NCBI GenBank assembly: GCA_000934665.2
Contig: KZ537996.1
Span: forward strand, 124,001-188,000
Source of the DNA: Catajapyx aquilonaris
Lineage: Eukaryota
Direction: 5' to 3'
Length of the DNA stretch: 64,000 nucleotides
The notes beneath the pieces were generated by a model. That model ran no database searches and had not been told where the DNA came from. It saw only the letters and a program-made list of their open reading frames with translations. The position numbers and the translations under genes are program-made. Shown one piece after another: positions 40,301 to 55,340 of the stretch (within the stretch, counting starts at the first letter, position 1; the number at the start of each line of letters is the position of its first letter).

Positions 40301-43300
40301 TCACATGTCATCGCATGCATATCATCGGGGCTCGGCCATTTGCCTAAACCTATTTCGATCCGAATTTTCGAATTCCTCCGTTACACAAAAAAATGAGTCA
40401 CTTTGTTGCGATGCGGCAAACTCCAAGCCAAGCACAGCTTGCCAGCCACGAAAACTGCAACATGTTGTATACAACTGGCTTACTACACAGCATACACATC
40501 CTGCAGGATGTTTAAAAAACACTTTACACTCTACGACTTGCTTTGAAAAACCACCATGTACTACACATCAACTTACGTGCTTTTTACCAATATGAACAAT
40601 AAAAGTTTAATGAGATCATCATATATAACCATATCTGTCATCATAATTCCTGCCGAATGGACACAAAGAGTCATCAAAATGAGCACGAATTATTTATAAC
40701 AATAGACCAGTCTATTGCGAATTGGCTACACATATCTGAACCAGCACATATCCCTATGCGTGAAATATTCGACTGACAACAAACGCACCCGAGTCAATTG
40801 ACCCGCAACCGCAAAAGTCTCCAGCAGTACCACCATAAAATCCCACCAAAAGAAGACTGGTAGAAAAAAAAATCGCTTCATCTCGGTAGTTAGCTGCGGA
40901 CTTGGTCAACAGGGAACTGTCTTCCCCAAACCCATTCACAGAACCGGTCTTGGGTTAGGAATTGTCATGAAAGTGGCCTTTCTACAGTACGTCCTCGGGA
41001 CTTTTATTGCCTATAAAATTCTGAATGGCATGTTTGGCAACCGGAGCTTGGTACAAGTGTTACCCCCGTTAATGTCTGGGACAGATGTGTTTCAGTCGCG
41101 TCCCTTCCTCGCAACAGACCGGGCATGCTTCCTCCACTTGGTTTTAGGCCCGCTCTTTAGAGCCCTCCCCATTTTTTCCCCACTAAAAGTGAAAATTGTG
41201 CTTCGGCCATGTTTAACCGTCACATCGGGAGATCCCGCCGGAATCTAGGCCCAGCTTGGCGGGCAACCCGGCCCTGCCTTCCCCGCCGAACCAACGGATC
41301 CTTCGGGGGTAGGTTTGTTGCATGTTATTTGCATAGGCTATAGGTTTTTTTTGCGTGCACCTCAAGCCCGTAATTTATATCCGCTTTTAGCTATGAGATT
41401 TGTGCGTTGGATTGGCCAGATAATGCGGTCTCTTTACCCTATTCCAAATAAACCAATCCATCATGTTGAGAAAAAGCTTTTAAGTTTAGCATGTAGGGCA
41501 GGTGAATCTTATCTCAGTACTGATCATACGCTAACCTCGTTTTAGAAGCCCTTGAAATGCTTCTTTTTTGACAAGCAGGACTGCTTTCCAAATCTCAAAA
41601 TGTGTTTTTTTTTTAACTCTCCCCTGTGGCGAGCAGCAATTAAGGATTGCGCCACATTGTTATTGTCGCTAGATTTTTTAAAACTATTCTCCCCTGGCCA
41701 TGTTTTACATGCCTCGTTTATCATTGGTGAATTTGGGCGAGAAATGATATAAAGATGCGCCTGGAGTCATCTTGAGCGGCAGCCACAATTTTTGGTCTGA
41801 TGAAGGAGTGTGCAAACAGGTCCCCAGCTTGTTATATCCGCAACTAATAGCCACATGTTTATTACCTGGTGACCTAGCCAGCTTTAAAAAAAAAACAGAA
41901 CCAAGCTTGCTATCCTAAAAAGCAGGTAATTGAAGCCATCCATCACCGTAATGAAGGGGAAATCTCCCCGTCCCCGGCGCTTTCAGGCTAATAGAAAATA
42001 GGTTTCCAATCAGACAGGATCTGAGCTTGATTTTGATGGCGATGCGACACACGACATGCGACTCCTATATTTATAGACCTTCCATGATCCTCGCCTATAG
42101 ATGTGTATTCCCGTGTAATTAAATTTCACAGGAGCAGAGTTTGCATGCGGAACACGTCGAGCCATCGCGACTCCTGGAGCATGTCAAATTACAGGAGGCC
42201 CCTGCGACTAGTCTTCCTCCCCATTTTCAAGCTAAATAGCCTTTGTGCCTCCCCATAGGGTTAGTGTACATATAGAACCCATTGGATTGACACAGTCCCC
42301 ATGTTTGGGCCATATGCTTAGGAAAAAAAAGCTGATTCTGATTCCACCGTGACGTCTCCAAAAATATTGGAGAGTCAAGTCTGCGCTTCCCAACAACCGT
42401 AATCAGTAGTTTGCTCGACTACAGGCCTAAAATGGAATAAAAGGCTGATCTGAATGCTGCACTGCGTCCGGGAGCCATTATGAGCCTCTTTCAGACTCTA
42501 CGGCTGTGCAAACGGCAGGTTAACAAATATAATTGAATGCTAATAAGAAGTGGGGGGAAGGGGGGGGTGAACGTTCACGTTCCACACGTTATATGCACGA
42601 GTTTTGGCTACCATCCCAAGGCCGCTTTTTTTGATGTTAATATGCGCACTTATTCCACCTGTATAACCTCCCCCACCCACTTGGGCTACGAGTAGTTAGG
42701 GTGATTACGGCACAATCTGACAAATTAGATCGGCGCGCAGATTACATGGCTCTCCAATCTGCTTAGAATATCCCCGGCCCCAGATTTTGTGATGGATGTA
42801 GCTACCCACGGAAATAAATATTTCAGGGAGCTGTGGCATATGAAGATGCTTTTGATTTCATACTCTGTAATTAGGCGGGTGCTGGCCCATGGAATTAAAA
42901 TTGGATCTGACAAAAAAATAATTTAACACCTGACTCTATAAAGGCAAGCAGCAGGTTAGAAAATGGGTCAGATATTTGGCTGTAGAAAATGGTAGATTCC
43001 GGATAGTTCTGGCATTGGGTAGGGTAAATTTCTGTCGTGTCCCTGAACGGATCTGGAATAGTGCCCAGATCTAAAATTGCGCTTGTCAATCCCAACGGCC
43101 TAGCTATGTGAAGAGTGAACCTAAAATTAGGTGCTTCCAACACCCTTCTTCCCTTGCCCCCGTGTTTTTTTTCCACCCTTCGAAATAAGGGTAAACACTA
43201 CAGGCTGCCATAAATGATTTTTTACCCTACCTTAGGCTCCCACTATTGCTTTTTATGGTAGGCTTGGGCCCATTCAGGCTTGGAAGGCACCGAAGAGGTC

Positions 43301-46300
43301 ATCGACCAAAAAAGAATGGACAAACCATAACGGCTTCGCCCCTTTTGTCCTTTATTAGGCCCCCAATAAATATAACCCTTCTCACAGGCCGGACCTAACA
43401 CAGATGACCCCCATTTAAGCCTTCCTGACTCCAAGTTAGGCACAAGTGGGGAAGGGGATGGTTTAAAAAAATCCAGGCTCGTGCATTGGGGATTTTATGG
43501 GCACCTGACCACCGTATTGTCCACTTCGGGAAGGGTTTTGTTGGTCATCCATCCCTTTACGACCTCTAAAAAACGCTGGTGCTAACAATACTACGAAAAC
43601 CTTGACCTTTTCGCCTCTCACGCCCTAATTGTGTCAGTCTCACAATTCCGTCGGATTTAGCACCCATATTGACAGGATAATAAAACTTAACTTTTATTAA
43701 GTACAAACTAGGTCCTTACTCTATTTGCTTTAAGCCCTAGCTGCAAAAAAACGTTACAGGCTACGATAAAACTTTGTGGCAGAAAAATGAGCAATTCTCC
43801 CCCGTTCCTTTGTTGATGCGGCCATTTCACTAGATGCAATTTCTTAAGCCCAGCCCCCCAAGAAGGTTGCAAGAAGCGGACATTAGCGGCCACTTTTTTT
43901 TGTTTAGGTGGCGGGTAAAAGACGCCATGGCAGAATGGCGGTGCGTGGAATGAATCCCCAACCCAACCAACACACACACACATTCTAGCCACACATACAC
44001 ACACTCAAGCCCTGCTGTTGCTGCCCATCCCCGAGAAATCCCATTGGGGTGAACAGCCCCGAGCCAGCCAATGGCAAAGTGCCTAATCCAAGCCAGCTTC
44101 GATCCAAAACCTGGCCTATAGTCGAGCCCTGCAAGCTAGTTATTTTTTTTTCAACAAAAAAGTAGCATTGTTGCATCGTACAACAATCGGTCTAATAGAC
44201 TCATCCTTATAATAATTAAAAAATCAATCAATTTTTCTGCAGGCCAGATGTTAAGCGAGTCTATTCAATCAGATGCACTCGCATGACCTGTTTAGCCGTT
44301 ATCCACTTTTAAACTACAAATTACAACTTTTATGGCCGGCAGTAAAAGTGTCAGCGTAACCCACTCTTTTTTTAACAGTTAATTTTTATTTCCCGGCTCC
44401 AGCACGAGTCAGACACGAGTTTGTGCAACTGTTGCAAGTTCAACAATTATGATAGTGCAGATTCTGAGAGTAAACAAACACTTCATGTCATTAACTGCAT
44501 TAAAAAAATTCTAGCCTTGATACGTGGCTGTTTGGTATTAGAAGATAGAAGCTTCTGATCGCAAAAAAATAGAAGAACGATAAAATCCTGAGTAATGTTT
44601 TTATGCAGGCCGTCGGCGTTGGCCCCTTGGAACAAGTCCTCCCTTGAGCGCCATATTTTCTTCCCCACGAGTCCACTTTGGGGCCCTCTACTTTTTAAAG
44701 AAAATGTCCCTCTCGAGAATTATTGGTTACGTGGAAAAATGCTATATATTTTCCCTGGATGCCCGATAGTGCAGACTTCCCCTATTGTTGGCCGATAGTC
44801 ACTTTTAGACATACTGGGAGACAGAGCCTTGCAGTGTTTGCAGTACTATCAGCCTGCATGGCCCTGACTCTGCGTTGTGATAAAAAGTCGACCCTGAGAG
44901 CGTCAGAGCAGAAAATCACGAAGTCTACAAGTGACTTGACCCCGGTCGGATATGATGCAGAGGTCTGAAGATTGATCTAAATCTATTCCCACAAGTAGAC
45001 CTACATTTTTTTCATTATGAAAACATTGGACTTATTGTAAAGGGCATACAGGTACATGCTGTGTAAAATGAGTAGCGGCAATGTTGACCCGGGGCTTCTT
45101 GAGCACTTAGGAATATTCAAACAAGTGGGTCGGTGGCAAAAATGGGTTTTAATAATACGGTGATTATAAGGGCGGAGGGGCTAATGATTTCCAATCCGGT
45201 AATGTTTATATACCCGGTTCTTGGAAAAGGGGGACCATCTCTTTAAAAAAATAGAGCGTCTTTTTTGGGGGGGAAAGGCTTGGAGCAGCCAGCGTGTTTG
45301 CTTGGAGGCAATGTGTGGAGGTTATAGCCAAGGTGAAGGACCAGGTCGTTTGGGAGAAGATAAGAGGCTGATAAAGTAGGGGGGAGTGGGGTATGGCGGG
45401 GAGGAGGGAGGGGGGAAGGCTGTTATGTAGTTGATGGGCGGGCCATGCTGAGGGAGAGAGTAATCAAGGAAGTGGTTATGTCCCCAGAAGTGGAGGATAT
45501 TGAGGTGCAGAGAGGTAGTGGTTCCGAATCGTGTGCTCGGCAAAGAATGAGCGCTAGACGGCTTACCCCAATGTTATCGGGCCACTCTTTAAACCTAATG
45601 ATGCATCAGTTTCAAAGCGCCAACGACCCATTCCTTTCCTTCCCCACAGCCTTTCGCCTTATTCGCTTTCTATTCACTGCCTTTCCCGTCATGAAGATAA
45701 AAATTAGAGAAGAAGTGTTATTGCCGCCATTAAACCTGCTTTACGACTCTTTTACTGCCAATTATCAAACTTAATACTTTATTAAACATCATACAGGGGA
45801 GCCGGCCTGTGTTTTCTGCGTCGTGCCGGCCCCAAGAAACGACTGGTCTGTTGTCACACATGTCACCAGGAATTATTCACGGAATGGACTTGCCTTTATC
45901 TAACCTGAAATATCTGGACCATTTACTTGCTAATAATCACTTACATATTGATGAGGCCAGCTTAATAAATATGCAGGTATGCCCATACGTGTCTACGAAA
46001 AAGAGCGCATCTGCTTTACAGGCAAGTCATCCTCATTGTCAGGAGACGCACCCAACTTTGGACTCATTAGGAAATTAACAAAGACCCCTCCTCTGGTATT
46101 GCAGTCAAGATTTTGGCCGCACAGTGTTATGCCCCCAGTTAATTACAACCGAACAATCTAACATCTGCAAAATGCAATATAATGCTCTATTTGAAGAAAG
46201 TAATGCTCCAGGCGAAAGCTCTCCCACGCTACCCTTCCTGCTATAATATTTCTGCTGCTGGGGACAATTACCGTCAACCCGAGGAAGGTATTGGTATAAT

Positions 46301-49114
46301 TTTACGAGGGTGCTTTTCCCATTCCGGCAATTAAGAAAACCAATTCTAATTTGCAGATATGAAACTCAAGTCCAAGGTTTGAGGTTTGTGACACCTTGGC
46401 TAAAAATAAGAGTCAACTATAAGCTAGGAGGGGTGGGATGGGGAGGGGGGGGATTTCTGCTGCAAATTTTCGATTATCACGTTATATGCCTGCCGGGGGA
46501 AAACCGCAAGCAGTAGAACAAAGTTTCGTCTTCAAACCCATCATGGCCACGTGCGACCCTAAAACAGTTTCAAGAAGAAGCCAACTTTTTTTTCTTCTTC
46601 TTCTTCTTCTTCCCCAGCCACCCCGTTTCTTTGCAAAAATGAACAGAGTCTCCAAGTCATGCCTCACACATCTGTCGCCAACAAAAAAGCACTTACCACG
46701 GCTGAAATCCCAGGGGATGGGATGTACCATCATCTCACCCATTCCTACAACATGGAGGAAAACAACGGTTAATTGTAGAAACTGCTGAGAATTTTTTTAT
46801 TATGTTGTACAATAACATTTTATTAATTTTATAACTGGAAGAAGAAACCCAGCTGTGAAATAACATACATTTCTGTCAACAGTTCATACAGTCACCAAAA
46901 ATCAACCTTGAAGTAAAAATGTCGCGCCACTCAGACCCAACTTTCTATTACAACATTGCTGCACCTAATGTACCAAGCGTCAAGCCAAACAGATTGCTTA
47001 ATGAGCTGAAGAAGACCAATATTTTTATCAGTAAAACGTGACATGATATAGCTTCCAGAGGGACTCCCTCCCTGTCTCTTGCCCGCATGATTTATTAACT
47101 CCCGTGATATAGTGCTTCTCCGGATGCTTAACAATGAGTCAAGCTGTACTCTTACTTGTTTTGACCATACCGAGTCGATGTTATCTCCCGAATATAAGTC
47201 AAGTAAAGGCAAGATCCTCTTAACCGGACAGGGCTTGGGAGTCAACGTTCCACATTTTTTAAAACCCCTCCATCTCCCCTATCCTAGCCACGCATACACC
47301 ATCCTCCACACTGATCTCACCCTCCCCATGGGCTCAGAAGAAGAATCACGTTCCTCAGCTGTAATCTCCCTCAGGCTGTGCTGCTTGTCGTGTCAGCAAC
47401 GCCGCTAGGTCGCTAAACCCAGCATGCCATGCCTCTGCCTGCATGTGTCTTTACTGCATGGCCAGGATTCTCTAAGTTTCCTCAGCTCACAAATCAGACT
47501 CAAACTCAAAGCCTAGGGGTCCAGGCATCGCCGCGTGATTTTATAAATCGCCAGAAAAAAATTCACATAATTTTATGACTTTCTAAATGTCTGGTATTTT
47601 TATCTGCATCAAACATGGCGGCGCACATGTGACTTAATCTAACTCATTTGTAGATTATTTGAATATTCATATACGGTATAGCTGATATTGACCGAGAACG
47701 TTGATATTTCATGGAAAATGTGGAAAAAGAAACTAACTCGTGTCTTTCTTCCATATTTTTTCCACAAAACAATGTACGTAGAATAACATAGTTGCTTTTA
47801 GATTTTTATCGGAGGTGTGTAGCCCAACCACATGGCAGGGCCATACTGTTTGACCACATCAGTTGTCAGGGAGGGTGGGAGGACCTGCTTTGATGCAAAT
47901 CTAGAAGAACAATGTTGCACTGGACTGTGTAATACTTGCTGAATTTGATACAGCGGCGAAGTTCAACTTGGAGACATTTATTTTTTTGGTGCATTTGAAA
48001 ATTTGTGAGTGGCTCTTTGCTGATTTGTATACCAATGGAAGGCAGTATATATAGCAGTTTTAAATTGTTACATCGATTTTCGAATCTCGTCGTAGTTTTG
48101 CAGTTTTAAATAGTTAAATACAATGATTGTGTATTGCATAATTTCAGTGCATGTATCATGTACATATTGGATAAAATAATATAATTCATGCAATAGTATG
48201 TATAGTATTGTGAGGCCTAGATAGTGTTTCATAAAAGGTCGATTCAGACAGACTATTGACTAATCCTAGGCACAGAAAACAACTTTATGTAAGATGTCAT
48301 TTGGTCTCCTCCGCCACGTTGGCCGAATAATTATCATCAAAGAGTATATATTATACCCTCTCCTGTGCAATGGATACAGCCTACGACACTCCCACCACAT
48401 CGGACACTGCCTGCTACAGCTACTGAAATTAAAATTAAAATTGCATGGTAAAGGAATAATATATTCTAGCATATGTTTTCCATGTATTCGTTGTAAGGAT
48501 CCTGCGAAGACCAAATGACACCTCCATACATAAAGTGATACTCTGCCGAGGACAGCTTGTAGAGGCAAATAAGATATGCTGAACCAGCATATATATACGT
48601 ATTTATAGTCCGTCAAGTAGCCTACAGGTTGTTACAAAACCCTGGCGCACTTCCTTTCGAACTTGGGTTCACCCAACGGTGATAATAGCGTGTTAAATTT
48701 CACTTCTTCACACACCCTGATAATAGGTGTCATCCTGTGCCTCAGGCAACATCCCAAACATCCGAATCACATGTGTTGCCACCAGCTTGTGTGAAAACAT
48801 GAAACTCAGCATGCTATTATTTCCAGTTGTAAATAATATTCATAGTCACCTAAAATAATTGTGTTCTTGAAAACCAGAAAAAAAACCTACGTATCCAAAT
48901 TTCGTAACACCCTGAATTTCTTCAGCCATTTATCACCAGCCAAACATATCTTGGTGTAGTGTATTTTTCTAAACTCAGCTTCCACCCACCTTTTCTGAAT
49001 CCAACCCACTCCGGATCTATTCACCTTCCGCTATAACTGAGTGTGATATGAGTTGCTTTTCATTATTCATCGGCCGTCTTCCATAATAAGAAATGACACA
49101 ACTGATCTGCCCGT

Positions 49115-49175
49115 ATCATCATCATCATCATCATTATTATTAATAAATAATAATAATAACAACAATAATAATAAC

Positions 49176-49223
<48 letters not shown>
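49115..49223. repeat. Compound (ATC)n/(AAT,AAC)n microsatellite
   Basis: An ATC run followed by a long AAT run with AAC variants. Confidence 0.95.
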
Positions 49224-49226
<3 letters not shown>

Positions 49227-52200
49227 CCGTGTCATTGATGGAGAAAGTAGATATTTTGATTCACATAACCCAGTAATGTAATTTCAACAATAGCACTGAG
49301 TTGCCCCACGAATATTAGGCCTACGATATACCATTCTACTGGGTTGAAATCTCCTCGTGTTATTCTCACTAATATTATGCAATGCATATCAATGCAGACA
49401 TGCCGGAGCCCCGTTGCACTGTATAGGCCATCGTGGATAAAAGCATAAAAAAAACTGCGAGCCAATTTCCCGGAATGGGTTCATCCGGAATTAACTTTGA
49501 GCTGCAGTGAATGAAGCGATCCTGGTCATTTCGATAAGGAGGCCTCGCATGCAGCCTACTATGTACAATATAATTCCACTGTTTCATTAGTCTGCAGGTC
49601 GCACAGAATAATTATTCTCATTTCCCAGGGAGGTGAGGAAACATCTGTGAGTTGCATTTCCAGAAGGGCCAGAGCAGGCTTTATATAGTTCCGGTATATA
49701 CTTCATACAGACATTATGCAGTATGTAGAGAGAACAACAACCTGGACAAGTGTTTTTTGTATTGATATATCACAGATGTTTTGACTTCTATGAACTTCTG
49801 TGTGTACAGTATGGCGACAAAGTACTACTTAAATGAGTCTATAACTGTCGCCGAAGGGGGAATAAGACGTTGTAAACAAATAAGAGTACTATAACTTACA
49901 TGTTATGCGGCACATATAACGTGTCTCAAAATTATAACCTGCCGTCATTATTGAAACCATGTAATACTTCGTGCATATATAGTGGATAGTGAGCGTAACC
50001 AGGCTATTGTTTCGAATATCTTGAAGAAGCCATCAACTGAATATTATCTCAGCCTAACTGAAACTGCAATATTTTTGAATATACTCAAATATTGTAGCGT
50101 ACATGATAAATTCTAAAGTGCTAAAACACAAAACACCACTACCAAGTAGTAGGCCTACTGGATATTTTTTTTAAAGTCGTGGACATACTTAACATCCTCC
50201 CGCACTATGAAATCCTCATAGTCTAACTCTAGCTTGGTGGTGAGGGTTGAATTATCACCTATAGTTTGTTTGCTGATTGTTGCATAATGTCAGAGAACTC
50301 ATTTTGTCTGAAACATTTTTGATATACTGTATAGTGAAATTGGAATGCAAATTTTTAAAAACCTAAATTTCTTGCAGTTGTACTTGAGTTATAATTAAAT
50401 ATTTTCTGATAAGCTTGACACCTGACTAAAAACACTGTTGCGGGGGTCCCATATGCTCTTCTGTAAAAATCAACACCATGAGTTGGTTTTTGCTTGGTTA
50501 AAGGTCAGTACTTATACAGTATACACATCAAGTATGTGCTGCACAAATGCACATCCAGTGTATTAATAGTGCTTGTTTAGCTGTAACCATTGTAATATAC
50601 CAGTATTACCACCATTGACATATAGGCGATGTGTATTTTTACACACTTGGTGTGTAATAAATGCATTAGTCCAGCATATGCAGACCTCGGGAGAAGAAAG
50701 ATTAAGGTCCACTGTCAAAAATGAGTTACATATCTCAGAAGATACTTTACCTAGTGTAGAATAATTATGATGGTTTGGTAGTGGGTGTGGAGTGTAATGA
50801 TCATATAGGTCACTATGGAAGGCCCCGAAAATGGGATTTACAATAGAACGATGGGCCTTCGAAATTTAAAATTGGATTATCTCAGTTTCACCTCCAAAAG
50901 AAGGTAAATCGTTCCAGCTCGGCAAGAAGAAAATATATATCTCTATAGCGCATAAAAGTATTTTAATATTATTTAAAAAATATTACTAAAATTATTTTTT
51001 GTCATTTTCATGTTCAATATTTTATTAAAACAGGATAGACTTACACGAGCGTGCCTGTACACGTTGTCATATACCCATATCGTTATTTACCAAGAAGTTA
51101 ACATAGTCACGTCACCTTTCATGGACAATGGCCAGGTTGCATCAAGGGCTTTACAGACGACAAAACCAAGCATTATTTAATTAGATTTGTGCCAGTGATC
51201 TTCGATATCCGGGCGACCGCCGCGCCGCCGCATTTTTTACGATCTAGTAATATTTCCTGCCCTCAGCTATTTTGCAGTTATCAGCGACTCTTCCAGCCGT
51301 TTTCCGCTTTAACAAAGTTGGCAAAAACCCGGGCCAAGTATGTATTTCTTTCATTTTTCTGCCCTTTACGAGGGCATTCTATACCCCGCTTTCCAACCTT
51401 AATCACATTCCAGAGCAGTCGTAGTCGGTTGCAAGGCTCGTCTCCCAAACATGGATCTCAGGCTAAGTAAAATAAATGGAGGAAATCTAACGGACCCACT
51501 CAAAATCTTGGCCCGCAAGGCTCTCCGCTTTTTCCTTTGTAGAATGAGAATGCCAACTTTATTTGATTTGCTATTATACGTCCGAGTAAATTATTGTACA
51601 GGGCTATCTTGTGCTGCAGCCGCCCGGCCAGATACGAAGGAAAACCAATGAAGGGCGTTCCTCCGACTCGATTATTTTGCGGAATAGGGAAGGAAGGAAG
51701 TAAAGGAAAACGGATTCAGCTCCACAGCCAGCCAACTACGAATGGGAATTGCCTTTCCTTCCTAGCAAACGCAACGCTACGTAATTGAATATGTGCAGGA
51801 CATATATTGCTGCACACAGCTATCCAACCCACTGAAAGTAACAACACAAATTATTGAAGCAACCAAGTGAAATTTCAACCAAATGCAATTTCGCTGAATG
51901 ATTAAGTTCGTTCAACTTCAACATTTTAAAGCATCTGTTTCCTCCATTAAAATCAAACAAGTCAAAAAAAAGTAGAGGCAGGTGTTGGCTCCAAGCTCTT
52001 TCATTTTCATAATCAATCACAATGCCGGCCCTTGTTGGACCAAATTATAGAGGAAACCGTATCTTGGAATTCTTAACCAAACCCTCCCTTAAGTCCTAAA
52101 AAAAATTCCATCACTTTACATTCTGTTCCGCTCAGGTTACCCAATAGGCACCTGACACCAGCCTACATATACATGGCCCTAAAGAGCGCATAGCGATGGG

Positions 52201-53372
52201 ATATGTATCCAGAATCGCAGCTATAGCCCTTTGACAGAGCCGTAAAGATCCACTTCTGCTCATAATCGAGCCAGTCGAGGCCCCGTTTGTATATGCCAGT
52301 AGAATATCAAAAGAACCACATTTCTGTGTCCCCCTTTTTTTTCTTCCTCCTCTTCCCCCCCAATCCCTTTCTTGGTCTTGGTCTGGGTGGGGGAGAGCAT
52401 GTCTTTAGCAAGGAGCCATGAAGTCCTATGTAAAGCAAGCGGAATCCAGGCTAGCCTTTTGAAACGACCATCTCCTACCTTGGAACATCTTGCAAAATGC
52501 GCCATCCGGCCATTTCGGGGAGAATGTAATCCCTAAATCTTACGACTCCGACTCCCGGAATGGGCCGTCGGTTGATGTCTTGCCTTCGCAAGTCCCACAG
52601 TTACATCCGCATCGCTCCCGTGCTGCCTGCAAGCGTGCTTTATCATATGAATCTCAGATATCGAAATTCGAAACTTTGTCAAGGTTTGAGGCGGCTCTTT
52701 TTGGACCAATAAGAAGCAAGGCGGCGGGTGTGCTTGGTGGGGGAAGAAGAGATGACAACGGTGTCGTCTTCTTCTTTTCATAAATCCGCACACACGCTAT
52801 CGATTTAGTCATCAGCAAAGCTTCATTTACATACTTTGTTTCACTTCCAAATGCAGCCAGGGCTGCTGCCTTCGAATTTCATTTGGAATTTTAATTTCCA
52901 GTAACGATGTTGCCCATCCTGAGAGCAGCCGGATATTACTTGTCTGGAGGATATAGAGTTAGGGGAGGATAAGGCGGTATCGTAATGCAATATCGAACTC
53001 ATGTTTAATTCCTAGATCAAATCAGTTACTGGATATGGGGAAGAGACGCGCGCACACTCGAGAGTGTTGGGGGGCTTTTTTATTGACTCATTGCAATGCA
53101 TGTCCATATGGAATAAAATATTGTACAGGAACAGTTGTGGAAATATTTCAGCATAATGAAACACGTGATTTGTGAAGGATCTGAATAAATGGACACATGC
53201 AAAAATATGTCGCGTGCTCAAGTCGAATGATATGCCATCACCATGTAAACAGGGGGTTGAGGTAACCCGAGATGAGCGAAGTAGTAGTTCTATAGTATTG
53301 AAAACCTTGCTGCTAATTATAGAAATATGTTCCTGGAACATGGAGCAATTACTGTACCCCACCAATGATGTC

Positions 53373-53502
53373 TATGGGTGGAATTTTCGTCCCACCCGCA
53401 CTGAGAGTTACTGCTAACTTATCAGTGCCATGGCCAACACCGGTGCGGCGGTACTGCTAAGTTAGCAGCATCTATCAGAGGGACGAAAATTCTATACCCT
53501 AT
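53373..53502. repeat. Degenerate foldback / MITE-like inverted repeat
   Basis: GAATTTTCGTCCC (53381-53393) pairs with GGGACGAAAATTC (53480-53492). The inner CTGCTAACTTA (53411-53421) pairs with TAAGTTAGCAG (53458-53468). Confidence 0.7.
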
Positions 53503-55292
53503 GTCGTTTAGGAGGAAGTACAATATACTGTATATTATGCTGAAATCATATATTTTTATGTACCTTAGTTTCATGCTTGTGGCTCAGATGCTCCACATTT
53601 CATATATATAAAAATAGTTGACGTTCTAGTTCATAAAAAATATTAAAGTAACTTGACAAGTTAAAATGAAGTTGTCCTCTACAAGCAGTGAATTTTGTTG
53701 TCAAGATTTCTAGATGGTGGCACTGATTTTGTACTTTGGTGTATAGCCCTGCGGCAACTGTAAAAGGGTTTCATCCACAAGCTTGGGATTGGATGTGCAT
53801 AACTCACTGTCTGGATAAAGCCTACATTATTAAGCCTCAGGTGGGAGGCGCTTGCTTTCAGATTTCTTTGGCCAGTGTCCTTGTACATCTGTAGTACAAG
53901 TCATTGAAATATGAAAAGACGGCTCTGTGGGAAGCATAGGTACGATGCATGCCCACTGTACGTTTCACCAAATAGAAACATACCATGACTACCTTATGCA
54001 CGTTGCAATTACACATCGTAATGAATCCCTGAATTTGCTTCTAATTTTTGAATGATGCCAAGACTATTGTCTTCTCATGCCTTGATTGCTTTCTCCATAA
54101 TGCAGGCTGCTGCTGGTGATGCCTGCAAGCTGAAGCGGCCATGTTCCACGCCACTTTGTCCTAAAAGGTACAGTATATACTGACACATTCATTCAAGCCT
54201 GCCATTTACAGCGCTCTGAATACTAACTGTTGAATATTACGGAGCCAACAACTGTCGTCAACAAGACCCTTTTTGCTCAAATCCAATCGGACCCTTCGGA
54301 AAGGCGGGGTGAAGGGAATCAAATTTATGAAAACATTCGAGTTGCTGAAAAGTCGCTGAACCAGCAACCAAACTTTGTGCTACACAAGTCGCTGTAATAT
54401 CTCAAGGTAAAGATGGTCCCTGACGTTCGGTCAGCAATAAAACTGGGCCGTTTTTCCCCACTGTCCCCCCCCCCCGCCTTCCCCCTCCTTTCCCTCTGCT
54501 AAGCACATACGGAGTGAAAATTACACCGTCATTAGGCCCTGACGCCCTTTTTCGGGGAAGGTATAAGGTGACAGGGAATTTCCTCATAAATTCCAATAGA
54601 AGAGGGGCCCGATTTGGATGGCCGCTGATAAGGATCTGACGTAAAACCCTGACGTCAATCACAGCTACTGAACCACATTTTGTCACTTTATGTCGCACAT
54701 GTTGGCTCATCTGATGCTTTATCATGCACATTGTCGCAGTTCAAAAATGTGGGGGCTGAATTGTAAATAAACGTGTGTTGTTTTAGCCATTGCTGGGGAG
54801 GAAAAATAGGGATGAGGCCATGTTACAAGTGGCACGTAGCTGTGGAAAGCCTTTTTGACTTAGAAATGGACCAGTGAAACCGCCGTAAAATTCCAAAGGG
54901 GCCTTGTGTTGATGCTTTTGTAGGGGAGGGCGGTAAAGGGAAGTGGGGAGATGGGGGATCCAGAGCGGTGCTTCCCTTTTTTGTAGTCATGCCTGCCATC
55001 TCTTGGCCCGTCTCAGAACTCGAATTCTCCTCCAAGTGCGGCTCAATTGCATCTCCGGACGATTTTGCTCCCTAGGACCCTATTCAATGTATTGATAACC
55101 TCGATTAACCTCCTCACACATCTCCTTCCTTGCCAAGAGTCTATTACGGAAATCGCAGATTCAAGAGTCTGTGTAACAATAAAGAGCTGCAAATAATTGT
55201 CATCCAGACGGGGTTAATATTCTACTGGCATGATTATGGCTCTCTTATTTAGATGTAATACAGAATTAATAACAATAACAAGATATAGCACA

Positions 55293-55338
<46 letters not shown>
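55293..55338. repeat. (ATT)n microsatellite
   Basis: About 15 direct ATT units. Confidence 0.95.
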
Positions 55339-55340
<2 letters not shown>
